DNA from: Alphaproteobacteria bacterium
Lineage (GTDB): Bacteria > Pseudomonadota > Alphaproteobacteria > UBA828
Assembly: GCA_965220745.1 (NCBI GenBank)
Contig: CBDCQT010000013.1
Location: 32,001 to 96,000, forward strand
Length of the DNA stretch: 64,000 nucleotides
Direction: 5' to 3'
Shown: one piece after another, positions 19,946 through 28,244 of the stretch
How the letters are laid out: each line of letters starts with the position of its first letter
Position numbering within the stretch: the first letter of the stretch is position 1
The notes under the pieces: generated by a model
Seen by the model: the letters and a program-made list of their open reading frames with translations, nothing else
Told to the model about the DNA's origin: nothing
Database searches by the model: none
Position numbers and translations under genes: made by a program

Positions 19946-22354
19946 ATGTCCGAGAGCCGGACCGAGTCTCCCTGGCTGGGTTACCCCCTGGAGCGCAAGG
20001 AAGATTTTCGTCTGACCACCGGCGGCGGCCGCTACATCGCCGATCTGAAAGTGCCGGGCACGCTCCACCTTGCCTTCGTGCGCAGTGCGCACGCCCACGC
20101 CCGGCTCCTGTCGATCGACGTCAGCAAGGCCCGCGCCGTGCCCGATGTGGTGGCGGTGGTCACCGGCGAGGACATCAAGGACGAAATCCGTCCGTTGCCG
20201 CTGCCGGTCGTCCTGCCGGCGTTCCCGGCCCGCTATCCGACCTTCTGGCCGCTTGCCATCGACAAGGTCAAGTTCCACGGCGAGCCGGTCGCGGCCATCG
20301 TCGCGAGGGACGCTTACGTTGCGGAGGACGCCGCCGAGCTGGTCGAGATCGAGTACGAGCCGCTTCCGGCTGTCGTCGACGCCGAGGCCGCGCTCGGGCC
20401 CGACACGCCTCTCGTCCACGAGGACTGGGACGATAACGTCATGTTCGCCGGTACGCTGACGGGCGGCGACGACCCCGAGGACCAGGCGCGGAACGCTGCG
20501 GAGGTCCAAAAGTTGATCGACGAGGCTGACGTCGTGGTGAGGCGTCGCTTTCGTGTCCACCGCACCGGCGTGACACCGCTCGAGACCCGCGGCGCGCTCG
20601 CGGTCTGGAGCCCCGACGGCGATCTCACGGCGTGGATCACGACCCAGCGTCCGCACATCGACCGCCTGGCGCTGGCGGATCAGCTCCGCATCCCCTCCCA
20701 CCGCATCCGCGTCATCGCGCCGCGCGATCAAGGCGGCGCGTTCGGCGTCAAGGCGCCCTTCTATCGGGAGCCGACGCTGGTCTGTCACATGGCGCGGATG
20801 CTGGCCCGTCCGGTGCGCTGGATCGAATCGCGCGAGGAACACCTCATGGCCGTGAGCCAGGAGCGCGACCAGACCCACGACATCGAGGTCGCGGCCACCG
20901 CCGACGGGCGGATCACGGCGGTGCGCGATCGCGCGCTCGGGGACGCCGGCGACGGGTGCTCCGGCGTCTACTGGGGCTACGTCATGCCGCTTACCGGCGC
21001 CGCCTATCTCCCGAACGCGTATGACTTGCCGACCTGCGACATCAGCATCCGGGTGGCCGTGACCAACAAGTCCTCGCTCTCTCCGGCACGCGCCTTCGGC
21101 CGTTTCCCGACCCGCTTCGTCATGGAACGGTGCATCGACCTGGTTGCGCGGGCGCTCGGGATGGAGCCGGCGGAGGTGCGGCGCCGCAACTTCGTGCGCA
21201 GCTTCCCCCACGTCATTTGCACCGGTGTGCATTACGACAGCGGCGATTTCGCCAAGACCTTCGAGAACCTCGTGGAGCAGATCGATCTGGAAGGCTTTCG
21301 AAAGGAGCAGGCCGCGGCCCGCGCACGCGTCCGATACCTGGGAATCGGTTTCGGCGTCGGCGTCGAATCCTCGGGCGTCGCCTCCGAGGTGCTCGTCCCC
21401 ATGGAGAACCAGCCTGGCTATGGCGCGGCGACTGTGCGGCTCGACCCGCACGGCAAGGCATTCGTGTTCGAAGGCGACGCGCCCGGCGGTCAGGGCCACG
21501 AGACGATGCTGGCGCAGGTCGCCGCCAACGAGTTCGGCATCCACCCCGACGATATCGTCGTCACCGTCGGCGACACCGGAAAAACCCCGTTCGGCTCGGG
21601 CACGATCGGCGCCCGCGCCGGCTCCTACACCGCGAGCGCCGTCGCCGTGGCTTGCCGAGTCCTCAAGGAGAAGATCGGCCGCTTCATGATTCACGATCTC
21701 GGCCTCGCCGGCGCAGAGCCAGCAGATTTCACCTTCGCGAACGGGCAGGTGGTCTACGCCAGGGACGACAACATTCGGCGCTCATTCGTGGAGATGACGC
21801 AGCGGATCATCATGCGGCCCATAGACCTGCCTCCGGATGAGAGCGGAGGCCTCGAGCACACCGCGTTCTTCGAGGCGGAAAAGCCGCTCATCTGCTTCTC
21901 CTGCCACGGCGCCATCGTCGAGGTCGAGCCGGAGACCGGCCAGTTCACCATCGAGCGCTACGTGACGTCGGAGGATTTCGGCGTCGTGATCAATCCCAAG
22001 ATCATCGAGGGCCAGGTGCAGGGCGCCGTCGTGCAGGGGCTCTCGAACACGATGTTCGAGCAGTTCGTCTACGACGAGAACGGGCAGCAGCTCAGCACGA
22101 GCCTGGAGACCTACCAGATCGCACGCGCGCCCGACGTGCCGCCCATCACCGTGACCCACGCGGGCGTTCCCTGCCCCTATACCCCGTTCGGCGCACGCGG
22201 TGCGGGCGAGGGGCTGCCGGGGCCGGTGCCCGCGGCGCTCGCCAACGCTGTCTCGGACGCGCTTCAGCCCTTCGGTGTGGAGATCGACGAACTACCGCTC
22301 CGCCCGGATCGGATTTGGGCCGCGATCCGGCGGAGCGGAAGAGCCGCGCGCTGA
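19946..22354 (+). CDS. Xanthine dehydrogenase family molybdopterin-binding large subunit (no adjacent partner subunits)
   Basis: RKED.RL..G, GGAFG, GQGHET, EGQVQG and RGAGE motifs. Confidence 0.93.
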   Translation: MSESRTESPWLGYPLERKEDFRLTTGGGRYIADLKVPGTLHLAFVRSAHAHARLLSIDVSKARAVPDVVAVVTGEDIKDEIRPLPLPVVLPAFPARYPTFWPLAIDKVKFHGEPVAAIVARDAYVAEDAAELVEIEYEPLPAVVDAEAALGPDTPLVHEDWDDNVMFAGTLTGGDDPEDQARNAAEVQKLIDEADVVVRRRFRVHRTGVTPLETRGALAVWSPDGDLTAWITTQRPHIDRLALADQLRIPSHRIRVIAPRDQGGAFGVKAPFYREPTLVCHMARMLARPVRWIESREEHLMAVSQERDQTHDIEVAATADGRITAVRDRALGDAGDGCSGVYWGYVMPLTGAAYLPNAYDLPTCDISIRVAVTNKSSLSPARAFGRFPTRFVMERCIDLVARALGMEPAEVRRRNFVRSFPHVICTGVHYDSGDFAKTFENLVEQIDLEGFRKEQAAARARVRYLGIGFGVGVESSGVASEVLVPMENQPGYGAATVRLDPHGKAFVFEGDAPGGQGHETMLAQVAANEFGIHPDDIVVTVGDTGKTPFGSGTIGARAGSYTASAVAVACRVLKEKIGRFMIHDLGLAGAEPADFTFANGQVVYARDDNIRRSFVEMTQRIIMRPIDLPPDESGGLEHTAFFEAEKPLICFSCHGAIVEVEPETGQFTIERYVTSEDFGVVINPKIIEGQVQGAVVQGLSNTMFEQFVYDENGQQLSTSLETYQIARAPDVPPITVTHAGVPCPYTPFGARGAGEGLPGPVPAALANAVSDALQPFGVEIDELPLRPDRIWAAIRRSGRAAR

Positions 22355-22405
22355 TTCGGAGAAAGGGGCGACGGGCGGCGCGCGCCTGCCCGTCGCCCGT
22401 CTGCC

Positions 22406-24004
22406 CTAAGCCTTGTCGACGATGGTCGGCCAGGCTGCCTTGTTGCTCGCGCGGATGGCCTCGATCATCTTGTCCTCGCCCTTCTTCTTGATGATCTTCC
22501 GCCATTTCTTGGAGGCGTTCTTCATGGCCTCTTCGGGCGTGATGTCGCCGATCAGCGCACGCTGCAACTCCTCGTCCAGGCCGTTGTCGAATGCGGACTG
22601 GCCGGCGAAGTTGATCGTCGGTGCGGAGCGCTTGATGGTCTCCTGAATCACTTCCACGTGATCCTTGTGGTAGGTCTGCTGCACCAACGGATCGTCGAAG
22701 TTGGCCTTCTGGAACGGATCGAAGTAGCCGGCCGGATTGCCCGACATCCAGCTGAAGATGCGCGAGCAGCTTGCCCACTGGAGGAAGAGGTAGGCGGCCT
22801 CCGGATACTCGCTCTGCGCCGAGACCTCGGCATTAATGTTGAGGTAGAGCACGCTGCGGCGGATCAGGTCGTCTCCGAACCAGTTGCCCACCGGGAGGAA
22901 CGAGCCGAGCTTGCCCGACGCTGGCGTGGCGGGCGTTCCGTCGGCGTTCATCCGGTCGTTGAACTTCCGCAGGTTGGTATACGTGCTCATCATCACGCCG
23001 GTGCCTTGGGCCATGCTCCCGTAAGCCTCGGACCAAGTCCAGCTGAGCGCATCCTTGTTGGCCCACTGCCGGCTTCTCACGTGCTCCTCGGCGGTCTTGA
23101 TGCCGAGCTCCGTCTCGAGCAGCGGGTTTCCGTCGTCGTCGAAGTACTGGAAGTTGGGATTGTCCTGCCCCACGTAGCGCATGAAGTAGGTGCCCAGACC
23201 CCAGAACGGGCTGAACAGATTGACGGTCCCGTTCATGCCCTTCTCGAAGAAAAACTCGGCGATATTGTCAGCGTGCGCCCACGTCTGCGGCTTGCCCAGC
23301 TCCCAGCCGTAGCGGTCGCTGAACTCCTTCACGTTCTCGGGATCCTCGAACAGGTCCTTGCGGTAGACCCAAGTCTGGAAGTCCCCGTCGAAGGAAATCG
23401 TGTAATAGGAACCCGCATACTTGTAGAGAAGATCGGCGATCTCCGCAGTCGGCGCCCCGCGCTCGGGGTCGTTCCAGTCGGGCTTATACTGCTCGACGTA
23501 CGGGTCCAGATTGACGATGCCGCCGGTGGCGACGAGGTCGCCGACATTGCTCCAAAGCGCGGAGTAGATGTCGTAGACGCCGGCCTGGGTGGTGATGTCC
23601 TGGAGAACCTTGGTCACCATCTCCACTTCGCCAGAGCCGCTGAACTCGACCTCGATCCCGGTCTCTTCCTTCCAGACATCGTGGACAGTCGGCGCTCCCT
23701 CCGGGAAGGGCTTGGTGAACTGGCCGATCGCTCCCGAGAAGAGCAGGAAGCTCAACTTCTCAGGCGCCTTGCCCTCTGCCTTGAGCTTCTTGATGCCTTC
23801 GATGGCCCGCCCTTCGGGCATGTCCTCGTTGTACTGATAGCGCTCGGCCCCCGGGAAGCCCGTGGGGCCGCCGGTCATCCCAGGCGCCAAGCCCGCCGCC
23901 CGCGCGGGACGGATGTACTTGGGTGCGATGCCGATCGGCGAGGTGAGCACTAGGCCTGCGGCGCCGGTCTTCAGCGCCTGCCGTCGCGTGATCCTGATCC
24001 CCAT
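22406..24004 (-). CDS. Sugar-family ABC substrate-binding protein with Tat signal
   Basis: ITRRQALKTGAA twin-arginine signal, YRKDLF, ITPEEAM. Confidence 0.88.
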   Translation of the reverse strand: MGIRITRRQALKTGAAGLVLTSPIGIAPKYIRPARAAGLAPGMTGGPTGFPGAERYQYNEDMPEGRAIEGIKKLKAEGKAPEKLSFLLFSGAIGQFTKPFPEGAPTVHDVWKEETGIEVEFSGSGEVEMVTKVLQDITTQAGVYDIYSALWSNVGDLVATGGIVNLDPYVEQYKPDWNDPERGAPTAEIADLLYKYAGSYYTISFDGDFQTWVYRKDLFEDPENVKEFSDRYGWELGKPQTWAHADNIAEFFFEKGMNGTVNLFSPFWGLGTYFMRYVGQDNPNFQYFDDDGNPLLETELGIKTAEEHVRSRQWANKDALSWTWSEAYGSMAQGTGVMMSTYTNLRKFNDRMNADGTPATPASGKLGSFLPVGNWFGDDLIRRSVLYLNINAEVSAQSEYPEAAYLFLQWASCSRIFSWMSGNPAGYFDPFQKANFDDPLVQQTYHKDHVEVIQETIKRSAPTINFAGQSAFDNGLDEELQRALIGDITPEEAMKNASKKWRKIIKKKGEDKMIEAIRASNKAAWPTIVDKA

Positions 24005-24289
24005 TGAAGCCTCCCTTGCTCCTTCCGATTGAGCGGTCCGTGCCATCGAACCTGTTTGTCGCCGTGCCCTACTATATACCACGTGCGCGCGACGCCGTGC
24101 ATCCTCCAAGCGGCGCCGATATCGCCGCCTGTCGTCGTGCCAGCGGCCGCTGGGGCGCGACCGATGCTGGTAGCTCATGCCTGCCGATGGCGGTCTTCGA
24201 GCCAGATCGTTGGGCCTGTCGGACAGGCGATGCCGGAGGCATGATGGCGCTGAACAGCGACAATTGCCCCGAATCAACAACGCCCTGCG

Positions 24290-24988
24290 ATGAGCATTCG
24301 AGAGTCTGTCATTGCCGCCTTGCGCGCCGCCGCCGACCCGGCGAGAGCGCCGCAGCAACGGGCATACATGAAGTCCGACATGCCCTATTTCGGCTTGGGC
24401 GTGCCGCAATGCCGACGCATTGCCAGTGCCGTTTTCAGAGCGCACCCGCTACCCGACGCCCGCGCCTGGGAAGCGGCGATTCTCGAGCTCTGGCGCAACG
24501 CCGCCCACCGCGAGGAGCGCTACGCGGCGGTCGAGCTGCTGCTCTTCGGGCGCTATTCGCGCTGGCTGGAGCCGGTGAGAGTTCCGTTGATCGAGGAGTT
24601 GGTGGTCACCGGCGCCTGGTGGGACTACGTGGACGCGATTGCCGGCCGTGGCGTCGGGACCATGCTCGCCGCCCATCCCCGCCCGATGAAGGCCGTGCTG
24701 CGCGAATGGGCGAAGGACGACAACATCTGGAAGCGGCGGACCGCGATACTCGCCCAGCTCCGGGCCAAGCGGGCAACGGACACGAAGCTGCTGGCCGACG
24801 CGATTCGGCCGTCCATCGGCGCCTCGGAGTTCTTCCTGCGCAAGGGCATCGGCTGGGCGTTGCGCGAGTACTCCAAAACCGATCCGGCCTGGGTGCGCGC
24901 CTTCGTCAAAGCTCATCCCGAACTTTCGGACCTGAGCCGGCGCGAGGCGCTCAAGCACCTGGAGCGCACGAAAGCGGCCAATCGTTAG
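24290..24988 (+). CDS. DNA alkylation repair protein (AlkD-like)
   Basis: AYMKS, WWDYVD, NIWKRR, EFFLRKGIGWALREYSK. Confidence 0.92.
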   Translation: MSIRESVIAALRAAADPARAPQQRAYMKSDMPYFGLGVPQCRRIASAVFRAHPLPDARAWEAAILELWRNAAHREERYAAVELLLFGRYSRWLEPVRVPLIEELVVTGAWWDYVDAIAGRGVGTMLAAHPRPMKAVLREWAKDDNIWKRRTAILAQLRAKRATDTKLLADAIRPSIGASEFFLRKGIGWALREYSKTDPAWVRAFVKAHPELSDLSRREALKHLERTKAANR

Positions 24989-25028
24989 ATCAAGCAAGCC
25001 CCGGCGTGACGGAGTCAGTGGCCCCAGA

Positions 25029-25082
25029 TTGACGATTTGAGTCCCGAAGAGTAGAGTAAGCGCATAGATGCTTATGCGTTTA
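25029..25082 (+). promoter_or_regulatory. sigma70 promoter and inverted-repeat operator of the RHH-PIN operon
   Basis: TTGACG-N17-TAGAGT (25029-25057); inverted repeat TAAGCGCATA-N6-TATGCGTTTA (25057-25082). Confidence 0.65.
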
Positions 25083-25099
25083 TGCGCGGGAGCGTGACC

Positions 25100-25336
25100 A
25101 TGACCCGATGGAATCTCTCCATCTCGGAGGAGACAGACCGGACGGTTCGCATGTTTCTTGCCCGCAACGGCGGCAAGAAGGGCGATCTATCCCGATTCGT
25201 CGACGACGCTGTGCGCCGCCGCGTTTTCGATCTCACCGTCAGTCAGGTCAAGGAGCGTAATGCCGGATTGGACCAACGGGAGATTCTCAGCGTGATCGAC
25301 GATGAGGTAAGCGCGGCGCGTGCGGGTCGTTCTTGA
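25100..25336 (+). CDS. Ribbon-helix-helix protein, putative antitoxin
   Basis: RWNLSISEETD...GGKKGDLSRFVDDAV; overlaps the PIN gene. Confidence 0.85.
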   Translation: MTRWNLSISEETDRTVRMFLARNGGKKGDLSRFVDDAVRRRVFDLTVSQVKERNAGLDQREILSVIDDEVSAARAGRS

Positions 25337-25748
25337 CACCAACATCTTGATCGGCGCCCTGATCACCAAGGGCACGCCACCGGACAGCTTGTATCAGGCA
25401 TGGCTTCGCGGGGAGATCGAACTTGTGACATCCGCCGCGCAGATCCGCGAGCTGGCCGATGTCCTCGCCAGAGAGCGTCTCCAAAAGTTTCTCGACGCCG
25501 ATGAGGCTGCGGCCATAGTCGAGAACATCGGTACCCGCGCTGTCATCCTCGATGAGCTCCCAAGCGTGTCTCACTCTCCCGATCCCATGGATAACCAGAT
25601 CATGGCGACCGCTATCGCTGGAGGCGTCGACCTGATCGTCTCCGGAGACAAGAAGCACATGCTCGCGCTCCGGGAGGTCGATGGCATTCCCATTGTGACC
25701 GCTCGCAAAGCTCTGGAGCTGCTGCGTCAAGGCCAGGGCAGCACGTGA
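25320..25748 (+). CDS. PIN-domain putative toxin
   Basis: MRVVLDTNIL, DPMDN and IVSGD acidic motifs. Confidence 0.9.
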   Translation: MRVVLDTNILIGALITKGTPPDSLYQAWLRGEIELVTSAAQIRELADVLARERLQKFLDADEAAAIVENIGTRAVILDELPSVSHSPDPMDNQIMATAIAGGVDLIVSGDKKHMLALREVDGIPIVTARKALELLRQGQGST

Positions 25749-25769
25749 TCGCCACACTTCGCGATCAGA

Positions 25770-27017
25770 TCACGAGCGGGCCGAGTCCGCGCCGATGTGA
25801 GTGGCCAAATGGTCGGTGAGATCGCGGGCATCGTCGGCGGTGCCGTGAATGAAGCTCGACTTGCGGCGGCGCAGGAAGTTGAGGCCGATGCGGTAGACGC
25901 CCGGCGCCTCCGTCACCACGCCGCCGTCATGGCGCAGCCGGCCCTTGCGGTCGAAGACCGGAAGATCGACCCAGGAGTGATCGGGCTCGTATCCGGTCGC
26001 CCAGATCACCGTCCGTATCCCTTCGCGGGCGAGATCGAGGGTGAGCGGCGGCGAGTCCTCCACCCGCGTCGGCTCGAAGCGATGCGGCGGCTCGAATTCC
26101 TCGTCGAGCCCGTTCTCGTCGACCCACTCGTCGATGGTGTCGAGCAGCCGGCCCTGCTTCAGGTCTGCCAGGTTGCACTTGTTGGGGAGCGAGCCCGAGA
26201 ACTGCGCCTTGCCGTCCGAGAACCCGGCCAGCAGGCCCACCAGGCGCACCCCCTGATCGGTGAGGTCGTTGAGATTGAGCGTGGAGCGCTCCGGCGTGCC
26301 CACGAGCTGCGGTGAGGGCACCCGGCGCGCGCGCACGATGTCGTCCACCTCGTCGTAGCGCTCGTCGTGCAGCCCGGTGCGATCCATCCACCACAGGATG
26401 TCCTTGCCGCGATAGGTGCGCGGCATGCGCACGTGCTCGCCCACCGCGATCGTCACGGGGCGGCCCGAGCGGTGCACCTCGTCCGCAATCTGGACACCGG
26501 TGGCGGACGCGCCGACCACCAGCACGCCGCCCTCCGGCAAGTCCGAGGGCCGCGTGTAGTCCATCGGCGTCACGGACTCGATGGTGCTGGGGAGCGCCGC
26601 CCCGACGGCCGGAATCTTCGGCACGTTGAAGCCGCCGGAGGCGAGCACCGCGCATGCGCAGCGCCAGACGCCCCGGTCGGTCGCTACCTCGTAGCCGTCG
26701 CCGTTCTTGGTCAGGGATTCGACGGTGGTGCCGGTCTCGAGCGGCGGGTCCACGAGCCGGGCGTAGCGTTCGATGAACGCCACCACCTCGGCCATGGTCA
26801 TGAAGCCGTCGGGATCGTCGCCGTCGTAGGCGAGGCCGGGCACGTGCGTCTGCCAGTTGGGCGTCAGCAGGCGGAGAGACTCCCAGCGCTCCGTCCGCCA
26901 CGTGTGAGCCACCTCGCCGCGCTCGATCACCACGTGATCGATGCCGCGCGCGGCGAGGCAATGGCTCACGGCGAGGCCGGCATGACCGGCCCCTACCACG
27001 ACGGTCGTCGTGTACAC
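25770..27017 (-). CDS. FAD/NAD(P)-dependent oxidoreductase, flavin monooxygenase-like
   Basis: VVGAGHAG, W...RWESL.LLTPNW, second Rossmann motif VVGASATG, IWATGY; GTG start assumed. Confidence 0.88.
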   Translation of the reverse strand: MYTTTVVVGAGHAGLAVSHCLAARGIDHVVIERGEVAHTWRTERWESLRLLTPNWQTHVPGLAYDGDDPDGFMTMAEVVAFIERYARLVDPPLETGTTVESLTKNGDGYEVATDRGVWRCACAVLASGGFNVPKIPAVGAALPSTIESVTPMDYTRPSDLPEGGVLVVGASATGVQIADEVHRSGRPVTIAVGEHVRMPRTYRGKDILWWMDRTGLHDERYDEVDDIVRARRVPSPQLVGTPERSTLNLNDLTDQGVRLVGLLAGFSDGKAQFSGSLPNKCNLADLKQGRLLDTIDEWVDENGLDEEFEPPHRFEPTRVEDSPPLTLDLAREGIRTVIWATGYEPDHSWVDLPVFDRKGRLRHDGGVVTEAPGVYRIGLNFLRRRKSSFIHGTADDARDLTDHLATHIGADSARS

Positions 27018-27102
27018 GGCGTCGCTAGAGCACGTTCCGAGCGTGCGGGATCGGCCCTGGTTGCCGAGCGGCGCCTGTCGCACATGCATTGCCGCTCGAA
27101 AA

Positions 27103-27213
27103 CCCCCACCTCACCCCGGCCCTCTCCGCCCCCAGGGGCGGAGAGGGAGAAGAGGCGGCGCCGCTTGCGTCCCCCCTCCGCCCTTTGGGGGGAGGGGGAC
27201 AGGGGGAGGTGGG
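27103..27213. repeat. REP/MITE-like palindromic element, copy 1
   Basis: Terminal IR CCCACCTC/GAGGTGGG around two GC hairpins, e.g. CCCTCTCCGCCCC-CA-GGGGCGGAGAGGG; homologous to 57115-57208. Confidence 0.75.
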
Positions 27214-27255
27214 AGCCGTTCGGGCCGCGGTAATCCGGTACGGTCGCATCATGCT

Positions 27256-27819
27256 CTAGTTCACCTCGACGGTGACGTTGGTCGGGTTGGTCAGGATATC
27301 GTAGACCGCCGAGCGCTTCTGAGACTGGGCGACCAGCGCCGCGATCTCGTCGGGTGTGGCGTCGGCGTCGATATCGTAGGTGACCTTGACATTGTTGAAC
27401 CCGTTCCGGATTTCGGGATCGGCGCCCAGGATTCCCGCGATGTCCATGTCGCCTTCGACCGTGGCCTTGACCGAGCGAAGCTGGATCTCCCGCACCTGTG
27501 CCACCGCGGCGACGCCGGCGGTCAGGCAGCTCGCCAGACCCGTGAGCACGATCTCCACCGGCGTGGCCGCGTTGTCCTCCGCCGCGAACACCAGGGGATG
27601 ATCGGACTCGAACGAGTAGCTCGCCTTGTGGTCGTTCTCCTGGCCGAGGCCGAAATAGCCCTCCACCCGTGTCTTGCTGTGCGTGCCGTGGAGCCACTCG
27701 TTGGTGACGCGCCACGTGAACTGGCCGGCTTCGGGCTGGTCGCCCAGGATATTGCGGGCACCGAGCAGGTGCTCGACGTTGACGCCGTTAAGGCCGGGAG
27801 TTTCGCTGCTGTCGGACAT
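27256..27819 (-). CDS. OsmC/Ohr-like protein with a single Cys
   Basis: NGVNV, DHP..F...D...TPVE.VL.GLASCL, EGDMD..GILG; RBS AAGGAG. Confidence 0.88.
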   Translation of the reverse strand: MSDSSETPGLNGVNVEHLLGARNILGDQPEAGQFTWRVTNEWLHGTHSKTRVEGYFGLGQENDHKASYSFESDHPLVFAAEDNAATPVEIVLTGLASCLTAGVAAVAQVREIQLRSVKATVEGDMDIAGILGADPEIRNGFNNVKVTYDIDADATPDEIAALVAQSQKRSAVYDILTNPTNVTVEVN

Positions 27820-27946
27820 GGATCTTCTCCTTGTGGGCATGGTTGTCGGGCTGTGACTCCGCCCCGGTCGGTGGCGATGCCAGAGGCCTGGAGGACCGCG
27901 CGGTCTCCATCGCTCTCACCCGGTGGGATCGGCTACGAGCGGTAGC

Positions 27947-28012
27947 CTAGGTACAGACGCGGCAGGACGCGGCCCCCGGAGGGGCGAATGGCTGGGCGCA
28001 CAGAGTCATCAT
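27947..28012 (-). CDS. Putative Met/Cys-rich leader peptide (21 aa, MMTLCAQPFAPPGAASCRVCT)
   Basis: SD GAGAGGAG 9 nt before tandem ATGs; lies between the riboswitch and osmC. Confidence 0.45.
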   Translation of the reverse strand: MMTLCAQPFAPPGAASCRVCT

Positions 28013-28079
28013 CTGGCGGTACTCCTCTCGTCTCCTACGCGCTCTACGAGCGCCGAGAGCGGAGCTCCGCCTCCGGCTA

Positions 28080-28160
28080 ACTCATCGATCAGGCATTGGC
28101 ACCGCTCTTGGCGGTTGCCGCGGCTTCGAAGGGCCTGTCCCTCCACCGCTCTGGATGAGC
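28080..28160 (-). ncRNA. SAM-I (S-box)-type riboswitch aptamer lacking P4
   Basis: Minus strand CTCATC-CAGAG-CGGTGGAGGGACAGGCCCTTCGAAGCCG-CGGCAACC-GCCAAGAGC-GGTGCCAAT-GCCTG-ATC-GATGAG: P1, AGA J1/2, kink-turn P2, GCAACC/GGTGC P3, and L2 CAGG pairing with CCTG. Confidence 0.85.
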
Positions 28161-28175
28161 GCGTCCTGTGCGCGC

Positions 28176-28204
28176 ATGAAACACAAACCGGTGGGCGTGG
28201 TCAA
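28176..28204 (-). promoter_or_regulatory. Putative sigma70 promoter of the riboswitch leader
   Basis: TTGACC-N17-TTTCAT with an extended TG, ending about 15 nt before P1. Confidence 0.55.
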
Positions 28205-28244
28205 CAAAATGTCGCGGCCTCGACGAGCCGACGCGCAGGCCGTC

